From: an uncultured Holophagae bacterium
GTDB lineage: Bacteria > Acidobacteriota > Thermoanaerobaculia > Thermoanaerobaculales > Sulfomarinibacteraceae
Assembly (NCBI GenBank): GCA_963714385.1
Contig: CAVQOJ010000001.1
Location: 299,399 to 363,398 of the forward strand
Direction: 5' to 3'
Length of the DNA: 64,000 bases
Below are positions 45,948 to 55,719 of this stretch, one piece after another; position 1 is the stretch's first letter; each line of letters starts with the position of its first letter. The position numbers were made by a program, and so were the translations under genes. The notes beneath the pieces are model-generated. The model saw nothing but the letters and a program-made list of their open reading frames with translations, was not told the DNA's origin and searched no databases.

Positions 45948-47044
45948 CATCGACGCCGAAGCCGTGGCAGACTGCGTTGGTGGTCCAGCGCATCGGGTTG
46001 GCGCTCGTGTCTTTGGTGCTCGTCGTGGGGTTCGCAGAAATCGGGTTTCGGGTGTACGGGTCGAGCGAACGCCGGAACATCCTCGATGGCCGTGATCCCG
46101 ACCGCTTGATGACCGAGGCGGTGGACGATCGCCGGATCTACAGGCTGCGGCCCAACCGCAAACGCCTGACCAACTCCCACGGCTTTCGCGATCGCCAGCG
46201 GAACCGTGCCAAGGCCCAAGGCACCTTCAGGATCGCCGTGATCGGCGACTCGGTCACCATGCAGTCCTCACTGGACTTCGACGCCTTGTACCCCACCCGA
46301 TTACAGAGCACGCTCGATGGGATGCTGCCGAATCACCACATCGAAATCCTCAATTTCGGCGTGACGGGATACGGCACCTTCCAGGAGCTCGCGTTGCTGC
46401 GGGCGGAGGTGCTGTCCTTCGAACCCGACGCCCTGCTGTGGCAGTTCCACCTCAACGACGCGATCGATCCAAGGGTGGATGGCGGCGACGGCGGTCTCGG
46501 TCGATATTATTCCCGGCCCGCGAGCGCGTTTCTTGCCTACCTGCAACGTCGTTGGCATCGCGCGCAGCGCGCCCGCATCGCACGCGCCCGAGGTCTCGAC
46601 CAGATCCCCCTCGACCTGCAACACCAGGTCTACCGATGGTCCGCCGTCGGCGGCGCACTCCAGGAGGTTGCCGAGGTGGCCGAGGAGAACCGCATCGAGG
46701 TTTACGTCTTCGTCTACCCGACCTGGCCTCGCGAGGACTGGCAGGAGTACACGCCGTCGGGATTCGCCGTGGTCGACGAGCTCGTGGCGCGGTTCGAATC
46801 TCTCGGCTTCGAAACCCTGGATCTCGTCGCGATGTTTCGCACCGAATCTCCGGCCCGTTATCGCCTGGCGTCCGACGACCCCTGGCACCCCAACGAGGCC
46901 GGTCATGAGCTGATCGCCGACGAGCTGGCTCGCTGGCTGAAACCGAAGCTGTCGGTGTTGCCGAGTCAGCACGCCCCCGACGACCGGGTTGAGGGGTCAC
47001 CGGACTCGACACCGTCCGAGAAAAGCGTCGTCGGGAGCTCGTAG
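45944..47044 (+). CDS. SGNH/GDSL-family hydrolase with an N-terminal membrane anchor
   Basis: FRIAVIGDSVT is block I with the catalytic Ser. NFGVTGYGT is block II. DPWHPNEAGHELIA is block V (D-x-x-H). Confidence 0.75.
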   Translation: MTSTPKPWQTALVVQRIGLALVSLVLVVGFAEIGFRVYGSSERRNILDGRDPDRLMTEAVDDRRIYRLRPNRKRLTNSHGFRDRQRNRAKAQGTFRIAVIGDSVTMQSSLDFDALYPTRLQSTLDGMLPNHHIEILNFGVTGYGTFQELALLRAEVLSFEPDALLWQFHLNDAIDPRVDGGDGGLGRYYSRPASAFLAYLQRRWHRAQRARIARARGLDQIPLDLQHQVYRWSAVGGALQEVAEVAEENRIEVYVFVYPTWPREDWQEYTPSGFAVVDELVARFESLGFETLDLVAMFRTESPARYRLASDDPWHPNEAGHELIADELARWLKPKLSVLPSQHAPDDRVEGSPDSTPSEKSVVGSS

Positions 47045-47189
47045 GGCGCGATCGCCGTCAAGAGCAGCGGAATGCTGCTGCTGTCCAAATTGGTGCACAA
47101 TCAACGGTATGACGGTGTACAGTAGCGCCTCGCGGGGACCGTCGGTCACGAAGCCGAGCAGTCCCGTCGCCGAGAATGGAGGAGCCGAA

Positions 47190-47297
47190 ATGGCCAAGGG
47201 TCAAGTCAAGAAGGAGAAGAGCAACAAACCCAAGCTCTCGCCGAAGGAGAAGAAGGCGGCGAAGGCCACGAAAAAGGCCGCCAAAACGGCGAAATAG
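47190..47297 (+). CDS. Small lysine-rich basic protein (35 aa), hypothetical
   Basis: Reads MAKGQVKKEKSNKPKLSPKEKKAAKATKKAAKTAK*. GGAGGAG lies 6 nt upstream. It sits directly upstream of the acyltransferase gene. Confidence 0.45.
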   Translation: MAKGQVKKEKSNKPKLSPKEKKAAKATKKAAKTAK

Positions 47298-47309
47298 GTC
47301 GATCAGTAC

Positions 47310-48686
47310 TTGATCGCAGATCAGCCGCAGACTGAAGATCGCCCGCCACGCGGCCTGTGGCGGCGGGCGTTGTGGTTCGCCGATCGGACGCCCGAGACGC
47401 GGAACCGCTATGTGGACTTCCTGCGAGCGCTGTCGATCCTGGCCGTGGTGCTGGGGCACTGGCTGATCTCGGCGCCCTACTTCGACAACGGCTCGCCGGC
47501 CTACAGCCACGTGCTCGATCTCGCGCCGTGGACACGGTGGCTGACCTGGCTTGTGCAGGTCATGCCGATCTTCTTCTTCGTCGGTGGATTCTCGAACAGG
47601 ATCTCCTGGGACTCTGCTCGACGAAAGAACCTCGGCTACGGCGCCTGGTTCGACAGTCGGATGCGACGTCTCATCGGTCCGGTGCTCCCGCTGCTGGTAG
47701 CCTGGGTGGTGATGGTCGCCGTGGCCCACTCCAACGGCGTCGGCGCCGGCATGATCCGGATCGGCTCCAAGGTGGCGTTGGTGCCGGTGTGGTTCCTGGC
47801 CGTCTACATCATGGTTGTGGCGCTGGTGCCCCTGACCTGCGCAGCCTGGGAAAGGTGGGGGTTCCTGTCCGTCGTGATTCCGGTAGGGGCCGCGGCGTTG
47901 GTGGATGCGGCCTTCTTTGCCGGAGGCTTTCGCATCCTCGGCTGGCTCAACTACCCTTTCGTCTGGGTTGCGGTGCACCAGCTCGGATATGCGTGGCACG
48001 ACGGCCGGCTGGCCGGCGAGCGGAACGGTTTCTCCCTGTTTGTCGCCGGGCTTGGAGCACTGGTGGCCTTGACCCACCTGGGTCCCTATCCGCTCAGCCT
48101 GGTGGGTGTGCCGAGCGATGAGATCAGCAATACCCTGCCGCCCAAGCTGCCGCTCCTCGCCCTGGCAGCGGCCCAGATCGGGTTGGTGCTGATGCTCGAG
48201 GCCCCGGTCAGACGCTGGCTGGCGGCCCGCATCCCGTGGGCCGTCACGATCCTGATTAACGGCATGATCATGACCATCTTCCTGTGGCACTCGACGGTGA
48301 TGATGCTCCTCGTCGGGCTCGCCTTTTGGCAATTTCCGGCGGCCCTCGGCCAGCAGCCGGTCACTGCCGGGTGGTGGTGGACCCGCCCGCTATGGATCGT
48401 CGCGTACGCCCTGGCGAGCCTGCCGTTCCTGCTCGTATTCGCCCGATTCGAAAGACCCGCCACCGGCAGCGCCGGGCGGCCGGCAGCGGTCTGGCGGCAG
48501 CTCCTCGGCTGCGCCGTGGCCTGCGTCGGGCTGGCCATGCTGGCGCTCGACGGCGTCGGCGGCGACGGCTGGTTGGGTCTGCGGTGGATCCCCCTCGCGC
48601 TGCCGCTGATCGGCGTCGGCCTGGCCGGATTCGGACCCCTCGGCCGGCTGGCCGGACACCTCACCGGAGCCGCCAGCGAATCTTGA
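47310..48686 (+). CDS. Acyltransferase family 3 (OafA/OpgC-like) integral membrane protein
   Basis: NRYVDFLRALSILAVVLGHWLIS is the Acyl_transf_3 N-terminal motif, followed by about 10 TM segments. TTG start (in-frame upstream start). Confidence 0.8.
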   Translation: MIADQPQTEDRPPRGLWRRALWFADRTPETRNRYVDFLRALSILAVVLGHWLISAPYFDNGSPAYSHVLDLAPWTRWLTWLVQVMPIFFFVGGFSNRISWDSARRKNLGYGAWFDSRMRRLIGPVLPLLVAWVVMVAVAHSNGVGAGMIRIGSKVALVPVWFLAVYIMVVALVPLTCAAWERWGFLSVVIPVGAAALVDAAFFAGGFRILGWLNYPFVWVAVHQLGYAWHDGRLAGERNGFSLFVAGLGALVALTHLGPYPLSLVGVPSDEISNTLPPKLPLLALAAAQIGLVLMLEAPVRRWLAARIPWAVTILINGMIMTIFLWHSTVMMLLVGLAFWQFPAALGQQPVTAGWWWTRPLWIVAYALASLPFLLVFARFERPATGSAGRPAAVWRQLLGCAVACVGLAMLALDGVGGDGWLGLRWIPLALPLIGVGLAGFGPLGRLAGHLTGAASES

Positions 48687-48899
48687 CTCGCCAGGATTCT
48701 CGCCGTTCAGATGGGCGCCAACCATCGCAGCTCTTTCCATGACTGTTCAATCGCTCTCGGATACACTTGACTCGGAGGCGTCGTTTTGGACGACAGGTCC
48801 TCGCCAGTCGGCAGCCGGCGGCCCCGAGCTCGACCCGCCTGTGGCCGGAGCGTTTTGACGGCAATATCGCTGCAGTCATGTACCCAGTACGTCTTGCTG

Positions 48900-50786
48900 A
48901 TGGCGCTGTGTCTCTCCCCGATCGGTTCGGCAGCGTCCTGGAACGATGAAGCGGCGAATAACTACTACGGATTCGTGATCTACACGTGGGATGAGAATCC
49001 GACTTCGTGGGATTACGAGATCTTCCCCCTCGCCAAATCTCTCGGCGCACGGTGGATCCAGGCGGAAGGGCCCCTAGTGCTGAGCGAGTCGGCCCACTGG
49101 GGCAGGCTGGTTCCGGACCCCGCGGCCGACCTGTCCGATCCCGCGTCCTACAACTTCGATCTGCTGGATTGGGTCGGGGCGGCCGACGGCGAAGGCCTCA
49201 ACGTGGTGCTGACGCTCAACACCGGCAACGACCACCTTGGCTGGAGCACCTATTCCCCGTGGGTAGAGTGCCTTTGGGTTCCCCAGAATCTCCTCATCGA
49301 GCTTCCCTGCAACTGCCTTCCCAGAGACTGGGATCAGTGGTACCAGTTCGTCTACCAGGTCGCGAGTCACTTCAACGGCGTGAACGGCCCGGAGGTACGC
49401 GTGTTTCAGACCATCGGCGAGCCGGGCAACGTGGAGGGCCAGTACTTCCAGGGCACGCCGCAACAGATGTACGGCGGGGGCGAATCGGTTTTGGTCACCA
49501 GGTATGACGGGTCCACGATCATGCTGCCCGCCGCGGTGGTTCCGATAACCCAACTGGCGGTTCACGACGCCAACCCCCTCGCCCGCCTCGCCCTGGGCGC
49601 CCCCTATGGAGGCGTGGAGGGAACTGCCCTGGCGGCAGTGCACGACCTGTACCAGGAGTACAGCGACGGTGGCTTCACCGTGGAGGAGAAACAGGAAATC
49701 GTAGACCTCGCGAACCACTACAACCTCCACCTCATCCAGGTCCTGTGGTGGTTCAGGGAGATCACCTTCGAGGACATCGAGGGGTGGCTGTTCAACGACA
49801 GCAACAACCCGGCCAGGCGCGGCCGGGAGTTCATCGAAGCCTCCATCGAACAGCCGCAGTACTACGACATTTACGGCTTCCACCTCTACGACAGCGAGCA
49901 TCGAAGGTACGGTTGGCTCGGCTCGGCGGGGATCAGCCGGGCGATGGCCTACATTGGGGATCAGCTCCGCGACGTCAAGCCCGCCTGGGTCAACGGCACC
50001 GGCTTGTGGGGCAACCTGTATACGGCGGAGCAGGAGGCCCGCAGCGCCTACCACCTCATCCAGACCCTGGTGGGGAGCTATGCCGCCGGCATGGTCGGAC
50101 TCACCTACACCGGAATCTCCGATGCCATCCTTCTCCCGACCCCGGTCTCCCTCGTCGAGAACCGCCTCGACCCGGACCCCCCACGGGCGCGCCACGAGGC
50201 CGCGGGGGCGTATTCGATGCTCGCGAGGATCTTCCCCGACCCGCAGTCATTCGAGCTCGAGGGGGAGATCATCCCGGACCCGCCGAACGCCGATGTGGTG
50301 TTGTACAGGTTCCACCTGAACCGGCAGGATCTCCCGGCCCAGGGATACGCGGCCGTCGGCTGGTGCATCGACGAGGTGCCCGATCCCTACAACGCCCTCT
50401 CCTTCGACAATCCGGACTGCCCGAAGGAGATCGATGTCGGCCCGCTCCTGGGCCTGCCGCCGGGGACCGAGCTCGCGGTCTACCTCTACACCGGCGAGCT
50501 CGCGACCGGCGGGTGCACCCAGGACCCTGTCATCACCTTCGATGAGGCGCCCTTCCTGATCACCTGGGGGGACGACACCGACGGCGACTGCATCCCGGAT
50601 GTGAGCGACAACTGTCCCGACGTGGAAAACGCGGACCAGAGCGACACGGGCGACATGGTCATGGTAGACGGCGAGTGGCTGGACGCGCCGGACGGCCGGG
50701 GAGACGCCTGCCGGCTTGATGGCACCATCTTCACCGACGGCTTCGAGTCGGGCGACACTGCCGCCTGGTCCAGCGTCGTGCCGTAG
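48900..50786 (+). CDS. Secreted glycoside-hydrolase-like protein (TIM-barrel-like) with thrombospondin type-3 Ca-binding repeats and a GFESGD-W tail
   Basis: Start is uncertain (ATG 48900, with a weak signal peptide). The C-terminal region DDTDGDCIPDVSDNCPDVENADQSD is a TSP3-type D-x-D-x-DG-x-x-D-x-x-DNCP motif. It ends ...IFTDGFESGDTAAWSSVVP*. The GH family is not assignable from sequence alone. Confidence 0.6.
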   Translation: MALCLSPIGSAASWNDEAANNYYGFVIYTWDENPTSWDYEIFPLAKSLGARWIQAEGPLVLSESAHWGRLVPDPAADLSDPASYNFDLLDWVGAADGEGLNVVLTLNTGNDHLGWSTYSPWVECLWVPQNLLIELPCNCLPRDWDQWYQFVYQVASHFNGVNGPEVRVFQTIGEPGNVEGQYFQGTPQQMYGGGESVLVTRYDGSTIMLPAAVVPITQLAVHDANPLARLALGAPYGGVEGTALAAVHDLYQEYSDGGFTVEEKQEIVDLANHYNLHLIQVLWWFREITFEDIEGWLFNDSNNPARRGREFIEASIEQPQYYDIYGFHLYDSEHRRYGWLGSAGISRAMAYIGDQLRDVKPAWVNGTGLWGNLYTAEQEARSAYHLIQTLVGSYAAGMVGLTYTGISDAILLPTPVSLVENRLDPDPPRARHEAAGAYSMLARIFPDPQSFELEGEIIPDPPNADVVLYRFHLNRQDLPAQGYAAVGWCIDEVPDPYNALSFDNPDCPKEIDVGPLLGLPPGTELAVYLYTGELATGGCTQDPVITFDEAPFLITWGDDTDGDCIPDVSDNCPDVENADQSDTGDMVMVDGEWLDAPDGRGDACRLDGTIFTDGFESGDTAAWSSVVP

Positions 50787-50880
50787 TAGCCACCTCCTGG
50801 CCCGTCATGGGACCGGGAAAAGGAAGACCGGGCTCTGTTATTCTGAGGGAGTCCCACCACGCTGCTGCAGGAGGTGTGCC

Positions 50881-51561
50881 ATGCAGCAGTTCCCCCCTTT
50901 TTTGTCAAACCACCCGGCTCGCATCGTGATCGACCACCGGGAGCGGGAAGCGGGCGTCGCGGATGCCCTGCGAAGACTCGGGGCCGACGTGTCGATCGGG
51001 CACCTCAGGGTCGGGGATTACCGGGTGGACAACCGACTCCTGGTCGAGCGCAAGACGATCCGGGACCTTGGCCTGTCAGTGATGAGCGGCCGGCTTTTCG
51101 TGCAGGCGCGGAACCTCGCAGCCCCGTTTTCCCAACGAGTCTGCATCGTCGTCGAGGGGTCATCTGATCGTGGGCAAACGGGCGGTCTGTCCAGGGCCGG
51201 TTTGCACGGGACTCTCATCTCGCTGACCCTCGTCTTCGGGCTGCCGGTCCTCCGGTCGCGATCACCCGAGGAGACGGCCTCCCTGATGTTGCTCGCCGCC
51301 GACCAGCTCCGTCGGCGGCTGGCCATGCCGCCGCGCCGCTTCGGTCGCAGAACGACCAGCATCCGCCGCAGCCAACTCCTGATGCTGCAGTCGATCAACA
51401 AGGTAGGCCCTCTCCGATCTCAGGCCCTGCTGGCGGCGTTTGGAAGCCCGGCCGGGGTCGCGGCAGCAACCTTCGAGCAGATCGCTTCGGTCCCGGGCAT
51501 CGGACCAACCACCGCCAAGCGAATCACAACCGCGATGCACCATGAGTCAGAAAAAATATGA
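50881..51561 (+). CDS. ERCC4-type (XPF/Mus81/Hef-like) nuclease domain protein with a C-terminal helix-hairpin-helix
   Basis: IVIDHREREAG...LRVGDYRVDNRLLVERKTIRDL is the ERCC4 motif (E-R-E...GDY...ERK). ASVPGIGPTTAKRI is HhH. GCAGGAGG RBS upstream. Confidence 0.7.
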   Translation: MQQFPPFLSNHPARIVIDHREREAGVADALRRLGADVSIGHLRVGDYRVDNRLLVERKTIRDLGLSVMSGRLFVQARNLAAPFSQRVCIVVEGSSDRGQTGGLSRAGLHGTLISLTLVFGLPVLRSRSPEETASLMLLAADQLRRRLAMPPRRFGRRTTSIRRSQLLMLQSINKVGPLRSQALLAAFGSPAGVAAATFEQIASVPGIGPTTAKRITTAMHHESEKI

Positions 51562-51627
51562 CTTCAATTCGCGTAGCGAATTGAAGAGGCAATTGCGGAG
51601 GTCGCTTATCTCCGCTAGGGTACGGGA

Positions 51628-52440
<813 letters not shown>

Positions 52441-52522
52441 CTGCGGCGTAGGTGCGTAAAGGCCGCATTTTGCCGGTCTCTCAGTACTCTCCGCACCGGG
52501 GGTGCGGAGAGTACTGAGCGGA

Positions 52523-53425
52523 TTATTTTTCAGAGTGGAGATCTCGATGGACGAGGCGGATGAAGAGGTCTGGGGGCATGCCCATTTGCCGCGCCTCATC
52601 AGTGGCCGCCGTCGGTTTTGACTCGACGATCTCCTCCGCCGTGCGGCCTTCGGCGATCTGGCCGGCGACCACGTCCCTGATCGAGCCGAGAAGATCACGA
52701 TACTCCTGGAGTGCGGCGCGATCGGTCACCGGACCATGCCCGGGGATGATCCTGGTCTGATCGTCCGACAGCTCGAGCATGCGGTCGGCGGCGGCGATCA
52801 GGCCGTCGACGGATCCGCCGTGGGGGGCTCCGATATAGGGATAACCCCGAGACCAGTAGAGGTCCCCGGCGTGCATCACGTTGGCTTCACGCAGGAAGAC
52901 CACCAGGTCGTGACCCGAGTGGGCGCCAGCGATGTGCACGAGTTCGACCCGCTCGCCGGCAAAGAACAGCGTCATCGTGTCGGCGACCTCGATCTGCGGT
53001 AACGCCTGCTCGGGGAACGCGGGTGACCGCGCCTCCAGCATCGGAAACTCCTGTTCGGACGCCATCAGCTCCCGCGTGCCGTCGGGTCCGATGACCACCG
53101 CGCCGTCGCCGGCAAAGCACCCGTTGCAGCCGACGTGGTCGAAGTGCCAGTGGGTGTTGATCACGAAGCGCACCGGTCCATCGCTCAGCTCGCCCAGCGC
53201 GGCCCTGATCTTGCCCTCGAGCTCGGCAAACTGGGTGTCGATGAGCAGGAGACCCTCCGGCCCGACGAGCACCCCGATGTTGCCTCCCCCACCGCTCACC
53301 ACTGCGAGGTTTTCGGTGAGCTTGATGGTGGTCAGCTCGACGGCGTTGAAGTCCTGTGCGAAGCCCAGCATCTGCCACACGACCGACAGCAGCACAACAA
53401 CCAAACCACTTCGCAGTGATCTCAT
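52523..53425 (-). CDS. Secreted MBL-fold metallo-hydrolase
   Basis: Signal peptide MRSLRSGLVVVLLSVVWQMLGFAQ. INTHWHFDHVG is the H-x-H-x-D-H zinc motif. Downstream HIAGAHSGHD and GHGPV supply further ligands. Confidence 0.85.
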   Translation of the reverse strand: MRSLRSGLVVVLLSVVWQMLGFAQDFNAVELTTIKLTENLAVVSGGGGNIGVLVGPEGLLLIDTQFAELEGKIRAALGELSDGPVRFVINTHWHFDHVGCNGCFAGDGAVVIGPDGTRELMASEQEFPMLEARSPAFPEQALPQIEVADTMTLFFAGERVELVHIAGAHSGHDLVVFLREANVMHAGDLYWSRGYPYIGAPHGGSVDGLIAAADRMLELSDDQTRIIPGHGPVTDRAALQEYRDLLGSIRDVVAGQIAEGRTAEEIVESKPTAATDEARQMGMPPDLFIRLVHRDLHSEK

Positions 53426-53638
53426 GACGCCTCACCTTCCAAATCCGATGGTTATAGAGGGCGGATCCCATCGTGAAGGAGATACGGACTCTTATCTCAC
53501 CGGTTCCGGCTGGACCACCAGTTGGTCGAGGATCGCCCGCCGAAAAGCTGGTTCGCCAGGGGTTGCGTTGTCCGAGCACTTGCCTCACCGAGCGGTGACA
53601 GCGATCACGCCCCGGACATACGACACCGGGGTAGCTTG

Positions 53639-55132
53639 ATGGTGAGGCCCTGTGACGTGATATTTCGTCGAAGCGATCTGATCTGCCTTCTCCTCAGCGC
53701 CGTGTGTGGAGCCGCTCCAACCACTGGAGTTGCGGCGGACTTTCAGGTGGGCCCGGGGCCGGGCATGTTGGCGAACATCGGCGACGTCCCGTGGGAGAGC
53801 CTCGCACCGGGGGACCGGGTGCTGATTCACTGGCGCGCCGAGCCGTACCGGGAGAAGTGGGTGATCTGCCGCCGGGGGACCGCCGCGGAACCGATCGTCG
53901 TTTCGGGCGTCCCCGGTCCCGGCGGCGAGCTGCCGGTGATCGACGGCCGCGACGCCACCACCCGGCCGGCCCTGAGCTACTGGAACGAGGTGCGGGGCGT
54001 GGTCAAGATCGGCGGCGCCAGCGTGCCGCCCGACACCCTGCCCGCCCACATCGTGATCGAAAACCTCGACATCCGTTCGGGGCGTCCGCCATTTTCCTTC
54101 ACCAATGACTCCGGCGGCGTCGAGTCTTACGCTTCCAACGCGGCCTCGATCTACGTCGAAAAGGCCGAGCAGCTGACGATCCGCAACTGCGCGCTGCACG
54201 ACTCCGGCAACGGCCTGTTCATCGGTGCCTTCGACGGCGCCACCCAGGACATCCTCATCGAGGGCAACCACATCTTCGACAACGGCATCGAGAACAGCTA
54301 CTACGAGCACAACACCTACACCGCGGCCATCCACATCACCTACCAGTTCAACCGCATGGGCCGGCTCAGGCAGGACTGCGGCGGCAACAACCTGAAGGAC
54401 CGGTCGGCCGGGCTGGTGGTGCGTTACAACTGGATCGAGGACGGCAACCGCCAGCTCGACCTGGTGGACGCCGAGGACAGCGCCGTGCTGGTCAACCACC
54501 CCGACTACCGGAGGACCTTCGTCTACGGCAACGTGCTCGTCGAGGCCGACGGTGAGGGCAACAGCCAGATCATCCACTACGGCGGCGACTCCGGGACCCT
54601 GTCGGACTACCGCAAGGGCACCCTCCACTTCTTCCACAACACCGTGGTCTCCACCCGCTCCGGCAACACGACTCTGATGCGGCTGTCGACCAACGACGAG
54701 CACGCGGACGTACGGGACAACGTGGTCTTCACCACGGCCTCCGGCTCCCACCTCGCCCTGCTCAACACCTCCGGGGTCATGGACCTGCTCGACAACTGGT
54801 TGCCCTCAGGCTGGGTCACGAGCCACAGCAGCTTTGACGGCACCCTCATCGACCACGGAACCAACAGCGAGGGGACCGACCCCGGCTTCACCGACCCGGC
54901 GAATCAAGACTTCTCACCCGCCCCGGGGAGCTCCCTGATCGACGCCGGCGGTCCGCTTCACCCGGAAACGGTTCCCGACCATCTTCCCCGGTGGCAGTAC
55001 GTCCCTCACCAGCGCGGTTCCCTCCGTCCCGAGGACGGTGCGCGGGACCTCGGCGCCTTCGAGTTCGGGTTGCTGTTCGCCGATGATTTCGAGTCGGGCG
55101 ACACTACGGCGTGGTCGGCCACAGTCCCGTAG
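53639..55132 (+). CDS. Secreted right-handed parallel beta-helix (pectate-lyase-like) repeat protein with a GFESGD-W tail
   Basis: Repeated NxxIxNCxxHDSGNGLFIG / IEGNHIFDNG / VRYNWIEDGN units match the Beta_helix pattern. The C-terminus is ...LLFADDFESGDTTAWSATVP*. Confidence 0.7.
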   Translation: MVRPCDVIFRRSDLICLLLSAVCGAAPTTGVAADFQVGPGPGMLANIGDVPWESLAPGDRVLIHWRAEPYREKWVICRRGTAAEPIVVSGVPGPGGELPVIDGRDATTRPALSYWNEVRGVVKIGGASVPPDTLPAHIVIENLDIRSGRPPFSFTNDSGGVESYASNAASIYVEKAEQLTIRNCALHDSGNGLFIGAFDGATQDILIEGNHIFDNGIENSYYEHNTYTAAIHITYQFNRMGRLRQDCGGNNLKDRSAGLVVRYNWIEDGNRQLDLVDAEDSAVLVNHPDYRRTFVYGNVLVEADGEGNSQIIHYGGDSGTLSDYRKGTLHFFHNTVVSTRSGNTTLMRLSTNDEHADVRDNVVFTTASGSHLALLNTSGVMDLLDNWLPSGWVTSHSSFDGTLIDHGTNSEGTDPGFTDPANQDFSPAPGSSLIDAGGPLHPETVPDHLPRWQYVPHQRGSLRPEDGARDLGAFEFGLLFADDFESGDTTAWSATVP

Positions 55133-55200
55133 TCGAGTCGAAAGTCGAAAGTCAGAAAGTCGAAGGTTGAAAGTTGAAAGTTGAAGAGTTGAAAGTTGAC
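55133..55200. repeat. Heptamer tandem repeats (GTCGAAA)x3-4 and (GTTGAAA)x5
   Basis: Sequence is gtcgagtcgaaagtcgaaagtcagaaagtcgaaggttgaaagttgaaagttgaagagttgaaagttgac. Confidence 0.85.
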
Positions 55201-55245
55201 GTTGTCGCAGCCGATGGATGCTCCAACACGACTCTCGGCAGGCGA

Positions 55246-55285
55246 CAATTCGCAATTCGCAATTCGTAATTCGTAATTCGCAATG
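55246..55285. repeat. (AATTCGC/AATTCGT)x5 heptamer tandem repeat
   Basis: Sequence is caattcgcaattcgcaattcgtaattcgtaattcgcaatgg. Confidence 0.85.
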
Positions 55286-55376
55286 GGTGGGCGGGGGAAG
55301 GCGTGCATCCCGGCCGTTCGCGACCTATATTGGAAGGAGAGACTCCGGCAACAGACCGAACCGACGGGAGGCGAAT

Positions 55377-55577
55377 ATGAGCATCACGGCGGAGCTGGTC
55401 GAGATCGTTTGCCCGAAGTGCGGCGAGTGGTTCACCCAGTGGGACGACACCGAGGAGGATCCAGCCACCACAGCTCGCTGTCCCCACTGCGGGTATCGGC
55501 TCTCGGACGATCATTCGGTGTGGCAGGAAGGCGTGCTGCTGCCCGAGCCCACCGACCTGGAGCTGCTCGATCGCTGA
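55377..55577 (+). CDS. Small zinc-ribbon protein (66 aa)
   Basis: Reads MSITAELVEIVCPKCGEWF...ARCPHCGYRL. Two C-x-x-C pairs are spaced 24 aa apart. GGGAGG RBS upstream. Confidence 0.55.
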   Translation: MSITAELVEIVCPKCGEWFTQWDDTEEDPATTARCPHCGYRLSDDHSVWQEGVLLPEPTDLELLDR

Positions 55578-55644
55578 TTTCCAATCGATCATCGAAAATC
55601 AAAAATCAAAACCCGGCTGGGTCGCCGGGGTGGGCTCAAAACGC

Positions 55645-55673
55645 AAAAAACCGCCGCCCCGGAGGGCGGCGGT
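55645..55673 (-). terminator. Rho-independent terminator for the minus-strand giant paralog A
   Basis: Minus strand reads CACCGCCGCCC-TCCG-GGGCGGCGG then TTTTTTG. Stem of 9-10 bp followed by a T-tract. Confidence 0.8.
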
Positions 55674-55719
55674 GTCAAGCGCCTTGGATGCGCGGCCGAA
55701 CCGCGCGTCGTCGGTACGG

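Noticed and set aside
47058-48332. 424-aa minus-strand ORF
   Set aside because: Antisense to the acyltransferase-3 gene. His/Arg/Pro-rich composition.
49074-50195. 373-aa minus-strand ORF
   Set aside because: Antisense to the glycoside-hydrolase-like gene.
53585-54751. 388-aa minus-strand ORF
   Set aside because: Antisense to the beta-helix protein gene.
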